Positions 1 through 9,228 of a DNA stretch of 26,211 nt are shown in pieces. The first letter of the stretch is position 1, and every line of letters starts with the position of its first letter. This DNA comes from a virus (taxonomy: Duplodnaviria > Caudoviricetes). The notes below the pieces were generated by a model, which saw nothing but the letters and a program-made list of their open reading frames with translations, made no database searches and was not told the DNA's origin. A program made the position numbers and the translations under genes. Where the stretch lies: IMG/VR virus record IMGVR_UViG_3300020045_011624, positions 1 through 26,211 of that record; one strand, written 5' to 3'.

Positions 1-33
1 CCGATACTTTTCTTATCCGGATCATCACCAGCG

Positions 34-516
34 ATACGTGCGAAAGGAGAAGCGGAACTTTTAACGGGGGTCGCACTTCGCGAAACACAGGAAGTGAAAG
101 AGAATCCAATCGCGCATAAAGAATTTATGCGGATTAAAAAATTGCTTAGAGCAATCAAAAAGGATGATGACTTAAGCGGGAACATATTGAACACCCATTG
201 CCTTTTGGTCGCAGAATGCGTTGACATTGAACTTATGAAAAATGAATTTCGTGAAGATCTTGTTGAACTTAGAAATTTGCATCGTCAAGGTGGGATTGAT
301 AGTTTGGCATATCTCGACAAAAAAGATTCGCTTCAAAACAAAATACTGACTTGTGACAAACGGATCATGGAGAAGAGGAAAATGATTTTGGACATTTCAA
401 AAGAGAACATCATGACGATTCAATCAAGCCTCCGGTCGGTTCCGAGAAAGGAAGCCGCTAAACAAGACAGCCCGATGGCCAAGTTTTTAAAGCAAAGGAA
501 TGGTGGGGATGCATGA
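34..516 (+). CDS. terS: Terminase small subunit (P27-like), 5' truncated
   Basis: Frame is open upstream of the track start at 94 (IRAKGEAELLTG...); directly upstream of and overlapping terL; C-terminal 'MTIQSSLRSVP...SPMAKFL' typical of this family. Confidence 0.75.
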   Translation: MRAKGEAELLTGVALRETQEVKENPIAHKEFMRIKKLLRAIKKDDDLSGNILNTHCLLVAECVDIELMKNEFREDLVELRNLHRQGGIDSLAYLDKKDSLQNKILTCDKRIMEKRKMILDISKENIMTIQSSLRSVPRKEAAKQDSPMAKFLKQRNGGDA

Positions 517-2059
517 CAAAAACAGAGCATTAGAGCCGATCAGTTTTATAAATATGCTGAATGCAGTGGATGACTTTTATGGTCATCCTTTTTGTTTGCT
601 CGATTGGCAACACCAAATTTTGTGGGATGTGTACGGAACAGTTGAAACGAATGGATACCGAACATACCGTTATGTATATCTGGAAATACCAAAGAAGAAT
701 GGGAAGACCTCATTGATTGCCGCCATCGCGCTTTATCATTTAGTTTGCGATGGCCCGGGCGGCCAAATATTTTGTTGCGCCGCGGACCACAAACAAGCGG
801 AACTCGTATACAAGGCGGCTTGTGGAATGCGGGAACAGAACAGTGATTTGGAAGAAATCTTGAAGTTAACCGACAGCAAGAAGGAAATCAAAAATAAAAT
901 CACGGGAACAGTTTTGAAAGTCTTGTCTGCGGAAGCCTATACCAAGCACGGATTGAACCCGACAGTTGTTATTTTTGATGAACTGCATGCACAGCCAAAT
1001 CGGAACTTATACGATGTCATGACCTTCGGCGCCGGCGCTGCTCGAAAAGAACCGCTGTGGTGGGTGATCACGACCGCTGGTGATGATCCGGATAAGAAAA
1101 GTATCGGTTGGGAGATCCACGAAAAAGCAAGGAAAATTCTTGAGGGTGAACAAATCAATCCTGCTTGGTATGTGAAAATTTATGGTGCGCCGGAAGATGC
1201 TGATATTTTTGATGAAAAAACATGGTACCAATGCAATCCTTCATTAGGCAAAACGATCAGTATTGAATCGGTACGTCAAGAGGCTTTGGATGCAAGAAAC
1301 AATGAAAGCTCGGAAAGACTTTTCCGTTGGTTGCGGTTGAATCAATGGATCAGTATCAAGCGTGTGGGTTGGCTTCCGCTAACGCTTTGGGATAGAACCG
1401 AGGGGAAATGGAATCCGGCCGACTTGATTGGGAAAAAGTGCTATGCCGGATTGGATTTATCTTCAACGACAGACTTGACGGCACTGAAACTTCTTTTCCC
1501 TCCACAAGATGGGATTTCCGAATGGAGAGAATTATCAGAAGCGTGGATCCCGGAAGACAGCATGAAAGAACGTATTGCCAAAGATGGTGTGCCTTATGAC
1601 CGATGGGTTAAGTCAAAACATCTACAGGTTACTCCAGGAAATGTAGTTGACTATGAATTTTTAGAAGCGAAAATTCTTCAGGCGAATCAGCAGTACATAA
1701 TTGAAATGCTAGGTACCGATCCTTGGAATAGTAGGATGCTGACTCAACGCTTGGAAAAGGCGGGAGTAAAACTTTATGAAGTGCCACAGAACATGGCGAA
1801 CTTGTCACCGGCCATGAAGGAACAAGAACGACTGATGCGGTCCGGAACATATACCCATGAAAATAATCCGGCTGCCCGGTGGTGTTTTGGCAATACGAAT
1901 ATAGCCATGGATGGAAATGGAAATATCAAGCCGATGAAAAACAAATCCATCGAACGGATTGACATTACTGTTGCCGGAATCATCGCCATGGCGGTGGCTA
2001 TACACATGGGGGCAACGGTTACCAATGTTTATAATTTCCGCGGAATGAGATCGCTATAG
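509..2059 (+). CDS. terL: Terminase large subunit
   Basis: Walker A EIPKKNGKT, Walker B VVIFDELH, coupling motif ITTAG, nuclease AGLDLSSTTD and RIDITVA; start at 509 or 500. Confidence 0.96.
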   Translation: MHDKNRALEPISFINMLNAVDDFYGHPFCLLDWQHQILWDVYGTVETNGYRTYRYVYLEIPKKNGKTSLIAAIALYHLVCDGPGGQIFCCAADHKQAELVYKAACGMREQNSDLEEILKLTDSKKEIKNKITGTVLKVLSAEAYTKHGLNPTVVIFDELHAQPNRNLYDVMTFGAGAARKEPLWWVITTAGDDPDKKSIGWEIHEKARKILEGEQINPAWYVKIYGAPEDADIFDEKTWYQCNPSLGKTISIESVRQEALDARNNESSERLFRWLRLNQWISIKRVGWLPLTLWDRTEGKWNPADLIGKKCYAGLDLSSTTDLTALKLLFPPQDGISEWRELSEAWIPEDSMKERIAKDGVPYDRWVKSKHLQVTPGNVVDYEFLEAKILQANQQYIIEMLGTDPWNSRMLTQRLEKAGVKLYEVPQNMANLSPAMKEQERLMRSGTYTHENNPAARWCFGNTNIAMDGNGNIKPMKNKSIERIDITVAGIIAMAVAIHMGATVTNVYNFRGMRSL

Positions 2060-2062
2060 GAG

Positions 2063-3340
2063 GTGAGTGAACTGAACTTTATACAAAAAGCGGCATACAA
2101 GCTTGTAAAGAATAGTCTTGATGAATACACCAAGGCTTTTTTAAATGGTGAAGATGTTAAAAGCTTTGAAAGTCCTGAAGCGGTATCGACAGATGTGGCT
2201 ATGAAGTACTCCGCTGTTTTTGGCTGCAACCGGGTTTTGTCTGAAACCAAGGCATCAATGCCAATCGTGCTATATCGTAAAAAACCGAATGGAGAGCGAG
2301 AACCGGCCAACGATTTACAGATATACGACGTGCTGCATAACGCACCCAACGAAGAAATGGCACCCTTTGCATTTAACGAAGCCTGTATGACCGCCATCAA
2401 TTTGGGTGGAAACTCCGTCTCGGAAAAACTTGTCAATAATCGAAATGAGGTTATTGGACTTTACCCATACAAATGGGAACAAGTGAAAATTGACCGGGAC
2501 AGTACAACAAACAAGTTAATCTATATCATCCGAAACGGTTTCAAAGAAAAAACATTACGACGTGATCAAGTCTTTCATGTGCCGGGCCCAAGTTTCGACG
2601 GGGTTGTTGGAATGTCTCCAATCGAATATGTATCCACGGCTATTCGATTAGGGAAAAGCTATGAATCGTTTGGCGTGAATTTTTACAAGAACGGTGCAAA
2701 TCCAAGCCTGGTATTCAAGTTCCCGTCAGCTCTTGGTGATGAAGCCTATAATCGTCTTAAAAAAGACCTTGAAAAAAACTATGCGGGTTTGGTGAACACC
2801 GGAAAACCGATTTTATTGGAAGAAGGTGGAGAAGCAGTTCCGCTGACTATTAAACCGGCAGACGCACAAATGATTGAAAACAAGCGTTTTCAAATCGAAG
2901 ACATCTGCCGAATCTATCGGGTGCCCATGCATTTGGTGCAGGACCTGAGTCGTAGCACAAACAACAACATTGAACATCAATCGTTGGAATTCATCATGTA
3001 TACCATGCTGCCCTGGGCGAAACGCTGGGAAGAAAACGCCAACATGCAGTTGCTGACACGGGAAGAACGCATGGCCGGATACTTCTTTGAATACAATATG
3101 AGCGGGTTGCTTCGCGGTGATTCTGTAAGCCGAGCAACGGCGTACGGCACAGGCAGGCAATGGGGGTGGTTGTCTGTCAATGATATTCGAAAATTGGAGA
3201 ACATGTCGGCATTGCCAAACGGCGATATTTATTTGACCCCCGCAAATATGGTTGAAGCCGGGAAAGAAAACGCGAATCAGAAACAACAAACAACAAAAGC
3301 GATGGCCGAAGAAATCATCAAAATGTTGAAAGAAGGATAG
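2063..3340 (+). CDS. Portal protein (HK97 family)
   Basis: Follows terL; motifs 'AVFGCNRVLSE', 'LHNAPNEEM', 'GMSPI', 'ICRIYRVP', 'NNIEHQ', 'LSVNDIRKLEN'. Confidence 0.95.
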   Translation: MSELNFIQKAAYKLVKNSLDEYTKAFLNGEDVKSFESPEAVSTDVAMKYSAVFGCNRVLSETKASMPIVLYRKKPNGEREPANDLQIYDVLHNAPNEEMAPFAFNEACMTAINLGGNSVSEKLVNNRNEVIGLYPYKWEQVKIDRDSTTNKLIYIIRNGFKEKTLRRDQVFHVPGPSFDGVVGMSPIEYVSTAIRLGKSYESFGVNFYKNGANPSLVFKFPSALGDEAYNRLKKDLEKNYAGLVNTGKPILLEEGGEAVPLTIKPADAQMIENKRFQIEDICRIYRVPMHLVQDLSRSTNNNIEHQSLEFIMYTMLPWAKRWEENANMQLLTREERMAGYFFEYNMSGLLRGDSVSRATAYGTGRQWGWLSVNDIRKLENMSALPNGDIYLTPANMVEAGKENANQKQQTTKAMAEEIIKMLKEG

Positions 3341-3356
3341 GAAGGAGGAAACCAGT

Positions 3357-4166
3357 TTGAAATTTTGGAATTTCATAAAAAACGATGAAACCCCTGATGA
3401 GGTCGAGTTGAGAATCGAAGGTGAAATCGTTGATGACGAAACAGCGTGGTTGTATGAATGGTTTGGTGTAACAGCGACAAGCCCGAACAATTTTAAAACG
3501 GCATTGTCCGAACATTCCGGGAAAAATATCACCGTGTGGGTTGACAGTTTCGGCGGGGATGTTTTGGCAGGGACCGGAATATATAACGCTTTGAAAGAAC
3601 ACAAAGGAAAAGTGACTGTCAAAATCGATGGAAAGGCGATGTCGGCCGCGTCCGTCATTGCGATGGCTGGATCTGAAATACTGATGAGTCCGGGAAGTTT
3701 AATGATGATTCATAATCCGTGGAGTGGAGCACAAGGTGAAGCCAAGGACATGCGACATACCGCGGACGTATTGGACCAAGTCAAAGATGCAATCGTTAAT
3801 ACCTACCAGCTGAAAACAAGGCGGTCGCGAAACAAGATTTCTGAAATGATGGACAACGAAACGTGGATGTCAGCAAAAACGGCCATATCCGAGGGATTCG
3901 CGGACGGTATGCTTTATACCGAAACAAAAGACGGCGCCCCAGTAGAAAACTCAATGATGTTCAGTCGGGTTGCGGTCCAAAACAGCATATCCGTATCTAT
4001 GAAAGAAACCCTCGAAAAAATCAAAGTTTTAAAGCCCGAGTTGTTTGAAAACAATCATGCATCACCGCCAGATCCGTGCAAAAAAAATCCCGAGGATATC
4101 CGGGGATTACCGGTTGACCTATATCAAACACAAATCATATTAAACAGGAGGAAAGCCAATGTTTAA
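3357..4166 (+). CDS. Clp-type (S14) prohead protease
   Basis: 'VDSFGGDV', 'GKAMSAASVI' (catalytic Ser), 'MMIHNP' (His), 'ETWMSA..A...GFAD'; TTG start with AGGAGG. Confidence 0.93.
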   Translation: MKFWNFIKNDETPDEVELRIEGEIVDDETAWLYEWFGVTATSPNNFKTALSEHSGKNITVWVDSFGGDVLAGTGIYNALKEHKGKVTVKIDGKAMSAASVIAMAGSEILMSPGSLMMIHNPWSGAQGEAKDMRHTADVLDQVKDAIVNTYQLKTRRSRNKISEMMDNETWMSAKTAISEGFADGMLYTETKDGAPVENSMMFSRVAVQNSISVSMKETLEKIKVLKPELFENNHASPPDPCKKNPEDIRGLPVDLYQTQIILNRRKANV

Positions 4167-5427
4167 AAAACTGCTTCGCGCAAAAATATCCGAACAGCAG
4201 GCAATTGTGAGCGCTGCCTTGTCTGAAAACAGGGCAATGACAGCCGAGGAACAAACAAAGTTTCAGAATCTTCAAAACGAAATCGCAAATCTTGAAGCAT
4301 CCATCGCCGCCGAAGAGGCTCTTGAAGCTCAGGCAAATGCAATCAATACTCCAGTCAATACCCCCATCCACGCTACCCCGCGGAATCCGGACGAAAAAAA
4401 GTGGAAGAGCATGGGGGAATATTTGCAAAGCGTTTCGAAAGCATTCACGCCGTCGGGAAGTATTGACAATCGACTCAGCTTTTTGAACTTGGGAACCGGC
4501 ATGAATGAAGGCATTTCTTCGGAAGGCGGTTTCTTGCTGGACTCTCAATTTGTCGATGGCCTTCAACAGGCAATGACGGCCGAATCTGTTTTGGCAAAAG
4601 CGATCCGGATGATTCCGATTGGCGATGGTACAAATCGCTTGAAAACGTTGGGCGTGGACGAAACGTCACGTGTGAATGGATCCCGATGGGGTGGCGTTCA
4701 AGCGTACTGGGCCGGTGAAGCGGATACGGTTATTGGATCAAAACCGAAGTTCAGAGACATCGACATGAAGCTCGAAAAGTTGATTGCCCTGTGTTATTCG
4801 ACGGACGAATTGTTGAATGACGCAACGGCACTTGAAGCAATTGTGCGCCAAGCCTACGCGGAAGAAATGGCCTTCATGGTTGATGATGCAATCTTGAATG
4901 GCAATGGCATCGGGAAGCCGTTGGGAATTTTGACATCTCCGGCATTGATTACCCAAACCAAAGAATCTGGACAAACTGCTGCAACGGTCGTGCATGCAAA
5001 CATTACAAAAATGTGGCAGAGACTTATCGCAAGAAGCAGAAGTACGGCCATTTGGGCAATCAATCAAGACGTTGAAGGCCAATTAACGGATATGACTTTC
5101 ACCTCCGGCGGAAACACTTTCTTGTCTCCGTATGCAGATGAATACGTCAAGTACGGAACAATCAAAGGGCGTCCAGTGGTAACAATTGAGCAGGCCCAAT
5201 CACTTGGTACGGCCGGTGACATTGTTTTGTTGGACCCTTCGCAGTACCTCGGAATCGACAAAACAAAAGCTCAGGCTGACGTGTCAATTCACGTGCGATT
5301 CCTCTACGACGAATCGGTTTTCAGATTTACCTACCGCTTCAACGGACAGCCGTACAGGACGGCCCCGGTAACGCCGTACAAAGGATCAAACACCTTGTCG
5401 AACTTCATCGCGCTTCAAGCTCGATAA
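4159..5427 (+). CDS. Major capsid protein (HK97 fold) with N-terminal coiled-coil delta domain
   Basis: Position after protease; 'EGGFL', 'AYWAGE', 'ILNGNGIGKPLGIL', 'TIKGRPV'. Confidence 0.95.
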   Translation: MFKKLLRAKISEQQAIVSAALSENRAMTAEEQTKFQNLQNEIANLEASIAAEEALEAQANAINTPVNTPIHATPRNPDEKKWKSMGEYLQSVSKAFTPSGSIDNRLSFLNLGTGMNEGISSEGGFLLDSQFVDGLQQAMTAESVLAKAIRMIPIGDGTNRLKTLGVDETSRVNGSRWGGVQAYWAGEADTVIGSKPKFRDIDMKLEKLIALCYSTDELLNDATALEAIVRQAYAEEMAFMVDDAILNGNGIGKPLGILTSPALITQTKESGQTAATVVHANITKMWQRLIARSRSTAIWAINQDVEGQLTDMTFTSGGNTFLSPYADEYVKYGTIKGRPVVTIEQAQSLGTAGDIVLLDPSQYLGIDKTKAQADVSIHVRFLYDESVFRFTYRFNGQPYRTAPVTPYKGSNTLSNFIALQAR

Positions 5428-5488
5428 CATAATGCGGGTATCTGACCCGCTTTATGCAATCATTAATAAATAAACAGGAGGTATTGAA

Positions 5489-5968
5489 ATGAGAACATTG
5501 CCCGAAAAATACAATATGGTCCAAGGCGTTGAGCCCAAAACAACCAACGCGGCCATTACAAGCAGATACGTCAGTTTGAAAAACGGAATTTGTGCGTTTG
5601 TCATTGTCCATCTGACGCAAGCAGTGGCACATGCCACGCCAATCACTTTGTTTCAGGCGACAGACGTATCCGGAACAAGTGCCAAAGCAATCGCCTCGAA
5701 TGTCCAGGTATGGGCGAATGAAGACGTAGCAGCCGGTGATGCATTGATCAGGAGAACGGATGGTGTAGGTTATACCGTTACGGCCGATGTGAAAAACAAA
5801 ATGGTTGTGTTTCAAATTGAACCGGAACGGCTTGATATCAACAATGGGTTTACAACGATTCAAGCGCGTATCGGCGCGAGCTCGCAGGTAACAAATTTTG
5901 CATCCGTTGAAATTCTGATCGATGCGAAATATGAACAGTCAACCCCTCCGAGTGCTGTGATCAACTAA
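5489..5968 (+). CDS. Hypothetical virion protein, possibly capsid decoration
   Basis: Strong AGGAGG RBS; beta-rich; lies between capsid gene and a terminator, so probably highly expressed. Confidence 0.55.
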   Translation: MRTLPEKYNMVQGVEPKTTNAAITSRYVSLKNGICAFVIVHLTQAVAHATPITLFQATDVSGTSAKAIASNVQVWANEDVAAGDALIRRTDGVGYTVTADVKNKMVVFQIEPERLDINNGFTTIQARIGASSQVTNFASVEILIDAKYEQSTPPSAVIN

Positions 5969-5975
5969 AAAAATG

Positions 5976-6016
5976 AATAGAGGGAGTCTGAAATGGCTCC
6001 CCCTATTATTTTTTTT
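5976..6016 (+). terminator. Intrinsic terminator after head genes
   Basis: AATAGAGGGAGTC-tgaaat-GGCTCCCCCTATT stem (one mismatch) followed by a T run. Confidence 0.7.
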
Positions 6017-6031
6017 GAAAGGAGGATCCGT

Positions 6032-6601
6032 TTGTCAATCAAAATCATTACTGGTCCGGTAACAGAACCGATAACGCTTCAAGAAGCAAAAGACTTTTTG
6101 AAATTTGATGGAAACAGTCGCGATGCTGAAATATCAATGGCAATCAGTGCAGCACGTGTTTATTGCGAAGACCGTCAAAACAAAAGATACATAACACAAA
6201 CACTTGAATTGATTTTAGATAAATTCCCTTGTGGAAAACACCTTGAATTTGATTCATGCAGTCCGGTACAGTCGGTGACCAGTGTAAAATATTACGATTC
6301 AAACGGTACCGAGTACACGATGGATCCCAATAATTATATTGTGGATACTGATAGTTTTGTTAATAAAATCACACTGAAAAATTCAAGACTTTGGCCATCG
6401 ACAGTACTTCAATCGGTGAATGGAGTTCGTGTCAGATTTGTCGCGGGCTATGGTACAGCGGCACAAGTTCCGGAAGCGGTAAAACAAGCAATGGTCCTTC
6501 ACATGCGATTGTTTCTTGACGAATATTCGCCGGCAGACGGTGAAAATCTGAAAACCCGGATGAATTGGTTGTTGGGTATGCGCGGCAGGGTGAATGTATG
6601 A
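6032..6601 (+). CDS. Head-tail connector (gp6/gp15-like adaptor)
   Basis: 'EPITLQEAKDFLK', 'AARVYCE', 'VRFVAGYG..VPEAVKQA'; TTG start at 6032 has AGGAGG, while the track ATG at 5993 lies inside the terminator. Confidence 0.88.
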   Translation: MSIKIITGPVTEPITLQEAKDFLKFDGNSRDAEISMAISAARVYCEDRQNKRYITQTLELILDKFPCGKHLEFDSCSPVQSVTSVKYYDSNGTEYTMDPNNYIVDTDSFVNKITLKNSRLWPSTVLQSVNGVRVRFVAGYGTAAQVPEAVKQAMVLHMRLFLDEYSPADGENLKTRMNWLLGMRGRVNV

Positions 6602-6921
6602 AAGCTGAAAAACTTAATAAGCGAATAACTATTCAGTTAAAAACAATTTCACAAGATGATGAACTTGCAGTTATTGAAACGTGGAGCGATTTAATTTCTG
6701 TTTGGGCGGCGGTTATTCCAACAAACGGAAAGGAATTTTACAGATTGTCATCAATCAACAGTGAAATTGAATCAGCTTTTATAATTCGGTTTGATTCGAA
6801 TTGCAAAATAACTCCGCATCATCGATTGATTTTTAATGACAATACCTTTGAAATTATTTCTGTGATTAACGAAAACGAACAGAATCGGTGGATGACATTG
6901 ACGTGTAAGGCGGTGGTTTAA
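6598..6921 (+). CDS. Head closure / head-tail adaptor (SPP1 gp16-like)
   Basis: 'LNKRITIQ...W.D..SVWAAV...GKEF...FIIR...FEIISV'; ATGA overlap with the upstream gene. Confidence 0.88.
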   Translation: MKAEKLNKRITIQLKTISQDDELAVIETWSDLISVWAAVIPTNGKEFYRLSSINSEIESAFIIRFDSNCKITPHHRLIFNDNTFEIISVINENEQNRWMTLTCKAVV

Positions 6922-7301
6922 TGCCTATTTCGTTTGAAGTTGAACGTTTTAATAAAGCTGTTGAGAGTATTGGTGTAAAAGTACGATCCCCCATAACTTC
7001 AAAAAAAGCTATTTTGGCCGCGGCAAAAATTATCAAAGATGAAATTGTTGAACGCGCGCCGAAAAGAACCGGAAATTTAAAAGCAAATATTGTTATAACT
7101 GAAATCTCAAAAGACAAAAATGGGGATGATTTTGTATACGTTGGACCCGATAAAAAAGATACATTTTACGGGCCAATGTTGGAGTTTGGAACATCAAAAA
7201 TGAAACCAAAACCTTTTGTAGAGCCTTCTTTTAGATCAAAAAAAAATGAAGCGCTTGAGGCGATGGCAAAAGTGGTTCGGGAGGAACTTGAAGATGTATA
7301 A
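6921..7301 (+). CDS. HK97 gp10-like tail component
   Basis: 'APKRTGNLK', 'YGPMLEFGTSKMKPKPFVEP'. Confidence 0.9.
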   Translation: MPISFEVERFNKAVESIGVKVRSPITSKKAILAAAKIIKDEIVERAPKRTGNLKANIVITEISKDKNGDDFVYVGPDKKDTFYGPMLEFGTSKMKPKPFVEPSFRSKKNEALEAMAKVVREELEDV

Positions 7302-7722
7302 CGGTAAAAATGCGATAGCAATCGCGCTCGGTACCGATTCAACGCTTCAATCGTTGATACCTAAAACACGAATGTTCAACAATATCGCGGCATTTCAAAA
7401 CGCTCCAATCTTCCCCTATTTAACCTATGAAGAAATTTCAAATATCGAGGCCTTGGTTGCGGATGATGAAGAAATCGAATCGGAAGTAACTTATATTGTT
7501 CATATTTTCGCCGATTCAAATACGGGAATAATTGCGAGCCACGTCAATCGGATATTTCAGGCGTTGGGCTATACTCGAAATTATTCACAAGATTTGGCCG
7601 AAACGTTGGAAACCGGAAAAATATTAAGACATAAAGCTTTGAGCTTTACTGGTACATTTCCCGCAGATGAGACGGCTTATTTAGTCGAATCAACATGGGA
7701 TGATACAAAAGTATGGGTTTGA
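7294..7722 (+). CDS. Tail completion/terminator protein with short C-terminal Trp-rich extension
   Basis: Canonical position before the major tail gene; 'FPYLTYEEI', 'LGYTR'; ends AYLVESTWDDTKVWV; RBS GGAGG upstream of 7294. Confidence 0.75.
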   Translation: MYNGKNAIAIALGTDSTLQSLIPKTRMFNNIAAFQNAPIFPYLTYEEISNIEALVADDEEIESEVTYIVHIFADSNTGIIASHVNRIFQALGYTRNYSQDLAETLETGKILRHKALSFTGTFPADETAYLVESTWDDTKVWV

Positions 7723-7764
7723 TAATGTCTCAGACGATTCTAAAAAATAACAGGAGGAAAAGAA

Positions 7765-8643
7765 ATGGCAAATTCGCGAATCGGCGCAGAACAATTGACT
7801 GTAGCCAAAGTTTTACTGGATCCCGCCGGGGGAACAACAACCTATGATGTTCCCTATTCTTTTACAAAAAAATTGATTAAGCTGGGTGTCAAAAACAAAT
7901 CCAGCATGGATCCGCAGTACGCAGACGACCAAACCGTGGACATCTTTGCCGAGGACGGTGATATTGATCTGGATATCGAAAACACAGATATCACCGAGGA
8001 CGAAAAAGCGTTATTGCTTGGTCAAACGGTGATTGCAGGGGTTAGAACTCCATCCCCGTCAGACGTGAAGCCGTTTTTCTGCGTTGCCTGGAAATCCAAA
8101 AAAAGAGACGGGACATACAAATACTTCAAAATTCTCAAGGTTATGTTCAGCGAACCGGATGAAGATTTCGAATCCAAAAAAGACAAAACAACCGCTCAGA
8201 CCGATAAAATCAAGGGAGTTGGCATTGGTCGTTTTTCGGATGGTCTTCGAAAACGCACTGCGGACGCAAGTTCATCCACCTGGTTGGCAGCGACGGGGAC
8301 AAACTGGTTTACGACGATTGAAACAGTGGTCGACAGCGTGGCACCAACAGTTGGCATAGTTCCGGCCAACGGCGCAACTGGTATCGCTACAAGTGCAACG
8401 GTTGTCTGGACGTTCAACAAAGCAATCATGCCGAGTTGTGTAATCCCGGCGAACTTCATGTTGACAAAGGTCGGGGTCAATGTCGCTGGAACATTAACTA
8501 TCAATGCAGCGAATACAATCGTCACCTTTACCCCCACTTCCGCTCTTTCCGCGGGTGTTCATACTGCAATTGCAACAACGGGCGTCAAATCTGCATCAAA
8601 CATTCCTTTGGCAGCACCGTCAGTCACGACATTCACCGTATAA
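7765..8643 (+). CDS. Major tail (tube) protein with C-terminal Ig-like (Big_5-type) domain
   Basis: phi13-type 'YADD', 'LLG', 'Y.KILKV.F.EP'; C-terminal 'DSVAPTV..PANGATG..TSATVVWTFNKAI...TFTPTSAL'. Confidence 0.9.
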   Translation: MANSRIGAEQLTVAKVLLDPAGGTTTYDVPYSFTKKLIKLGVKNKSSMDPQYADDQTVDIFAEDGDIDLDIENTDITEDEKALLLGQTVIAGVRTPSPSDVKPFFCVAWKSKKRDGTYKYFKILKVMFSEPDEDFESKKDKTTAQTDKIKGVGIGRFSDGLRKRTADASSSTWLAATGTNWFTTIETVVDSVAPTVGIVPANGATGIATSATVVWTFNKAIMPSCVIPANFMLTKVGVNVAGTLTINAANTIVTFTPTSALSAGVHTAIATTGVKSASNIPLAAPSVTTFTV

Positions 8644-8651
8644 AATTTTAT

Positions 8652-8687
8652 AAAAAGGGGAGGGTTATTCCTCTCCTTTTTATTTTT
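8652..8687 (+). terminator. Intrinsic terminator/attenuator after major tail gene
   Basis: AAAAAGGGGAGG-gttatt-CCTCTCCTTTTT followed by ATTTTT. Confidence 0.7.
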
Positions 8688-8698
8688 GGAGGATTCAC

Positions 8699-9067
8699 AT
8701 GGACAAAAACGATTTTGGATATGAAGGCGAAGAGATCAAGCTTGATAAAATCAGGCATATCAAATATACCATCAAAGGGTTGAAAATCATTTCAAAAAAA
8801 TTCGGGAGTGTCATCGAAGCCTTTGACGGCATGAAAACAATGAACCAAAATTTTGACACTGAAACAATGGATAACTTGGTGTTGCTTTTGCACGCTGGAT
8901 TAATCCATGAAGATTCCAACCTGACGGTGGATGCAGTTGAGAACATGTTGACGATTGGAAACTTGCCTGAGATTTTTCAGAAAATCATCACCTCATTTAG
9001 CGGAAGCACGCCAAAATCAGATACCGATGACGGAGGAAGTGAAGTCACAGAGGGAAAATCGATATAG
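8699..9067 (+). CDS. Tail assembly chaperone (gpG-like)
   Basis: Small acidic ORF between tail tube and tape measure genes; slippery G GGA AAA near its 3' end. Confidence 0.85.
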   Translation: MDKNDFGYEGEEIKLDKIRHIKYTIKGLKIISKKFGSVIEAFDGMKTMNQNFDTETMDNLVLLLHAGLIHEDSNLTVDAVENMLTIGNLPEIFQKIITSFSGSTPKSDTDDGGSEVTEGKSI

Positions 9068-9213
9068 ATTTCAATCATATCGAATATATTTGCCGAATCA
9101 AATGGAAAATCCCGATTGGTGAATATCTGCAATTGACATTGCGGGAATATGTTGCATTTTCAACGATCGAAAACCCACCGGAAGAATTAGCATTTGCTGA
9201 TGATGTTTTATAA
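9052..9213 (+). CDS. -1 frameshift extension of tail chaperone (gpGT-like, about 171 aa fusion)
   Basis: In-frame X XXY YYZ heptamer GGGAAAA at 9052-9058; -1 frame open for 51 codons (IDIDFNHIEYICRIKWKIPIGEYLQLTLREYVAF...DDVL) to TAA 9211-9213, abutting the tape measure RBS. Confidence 0.85.
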   Translation, partial: GKIDIDFNHIEYICRIKWKIPIGEYLQLTLREYVAFSTIENPPEELAFADDVL

Positions 9214-9228
9214 AAGGAGGCGGGGAAA

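Noticed and set aside
2813-3658. 281-aa minus-strand ORF and similar antisense ORFs (10536..11285, 18602..19261)
   Set aside because: They overlap well-supported structural or lysis genes on the opposite strand and have no recognisable motifs
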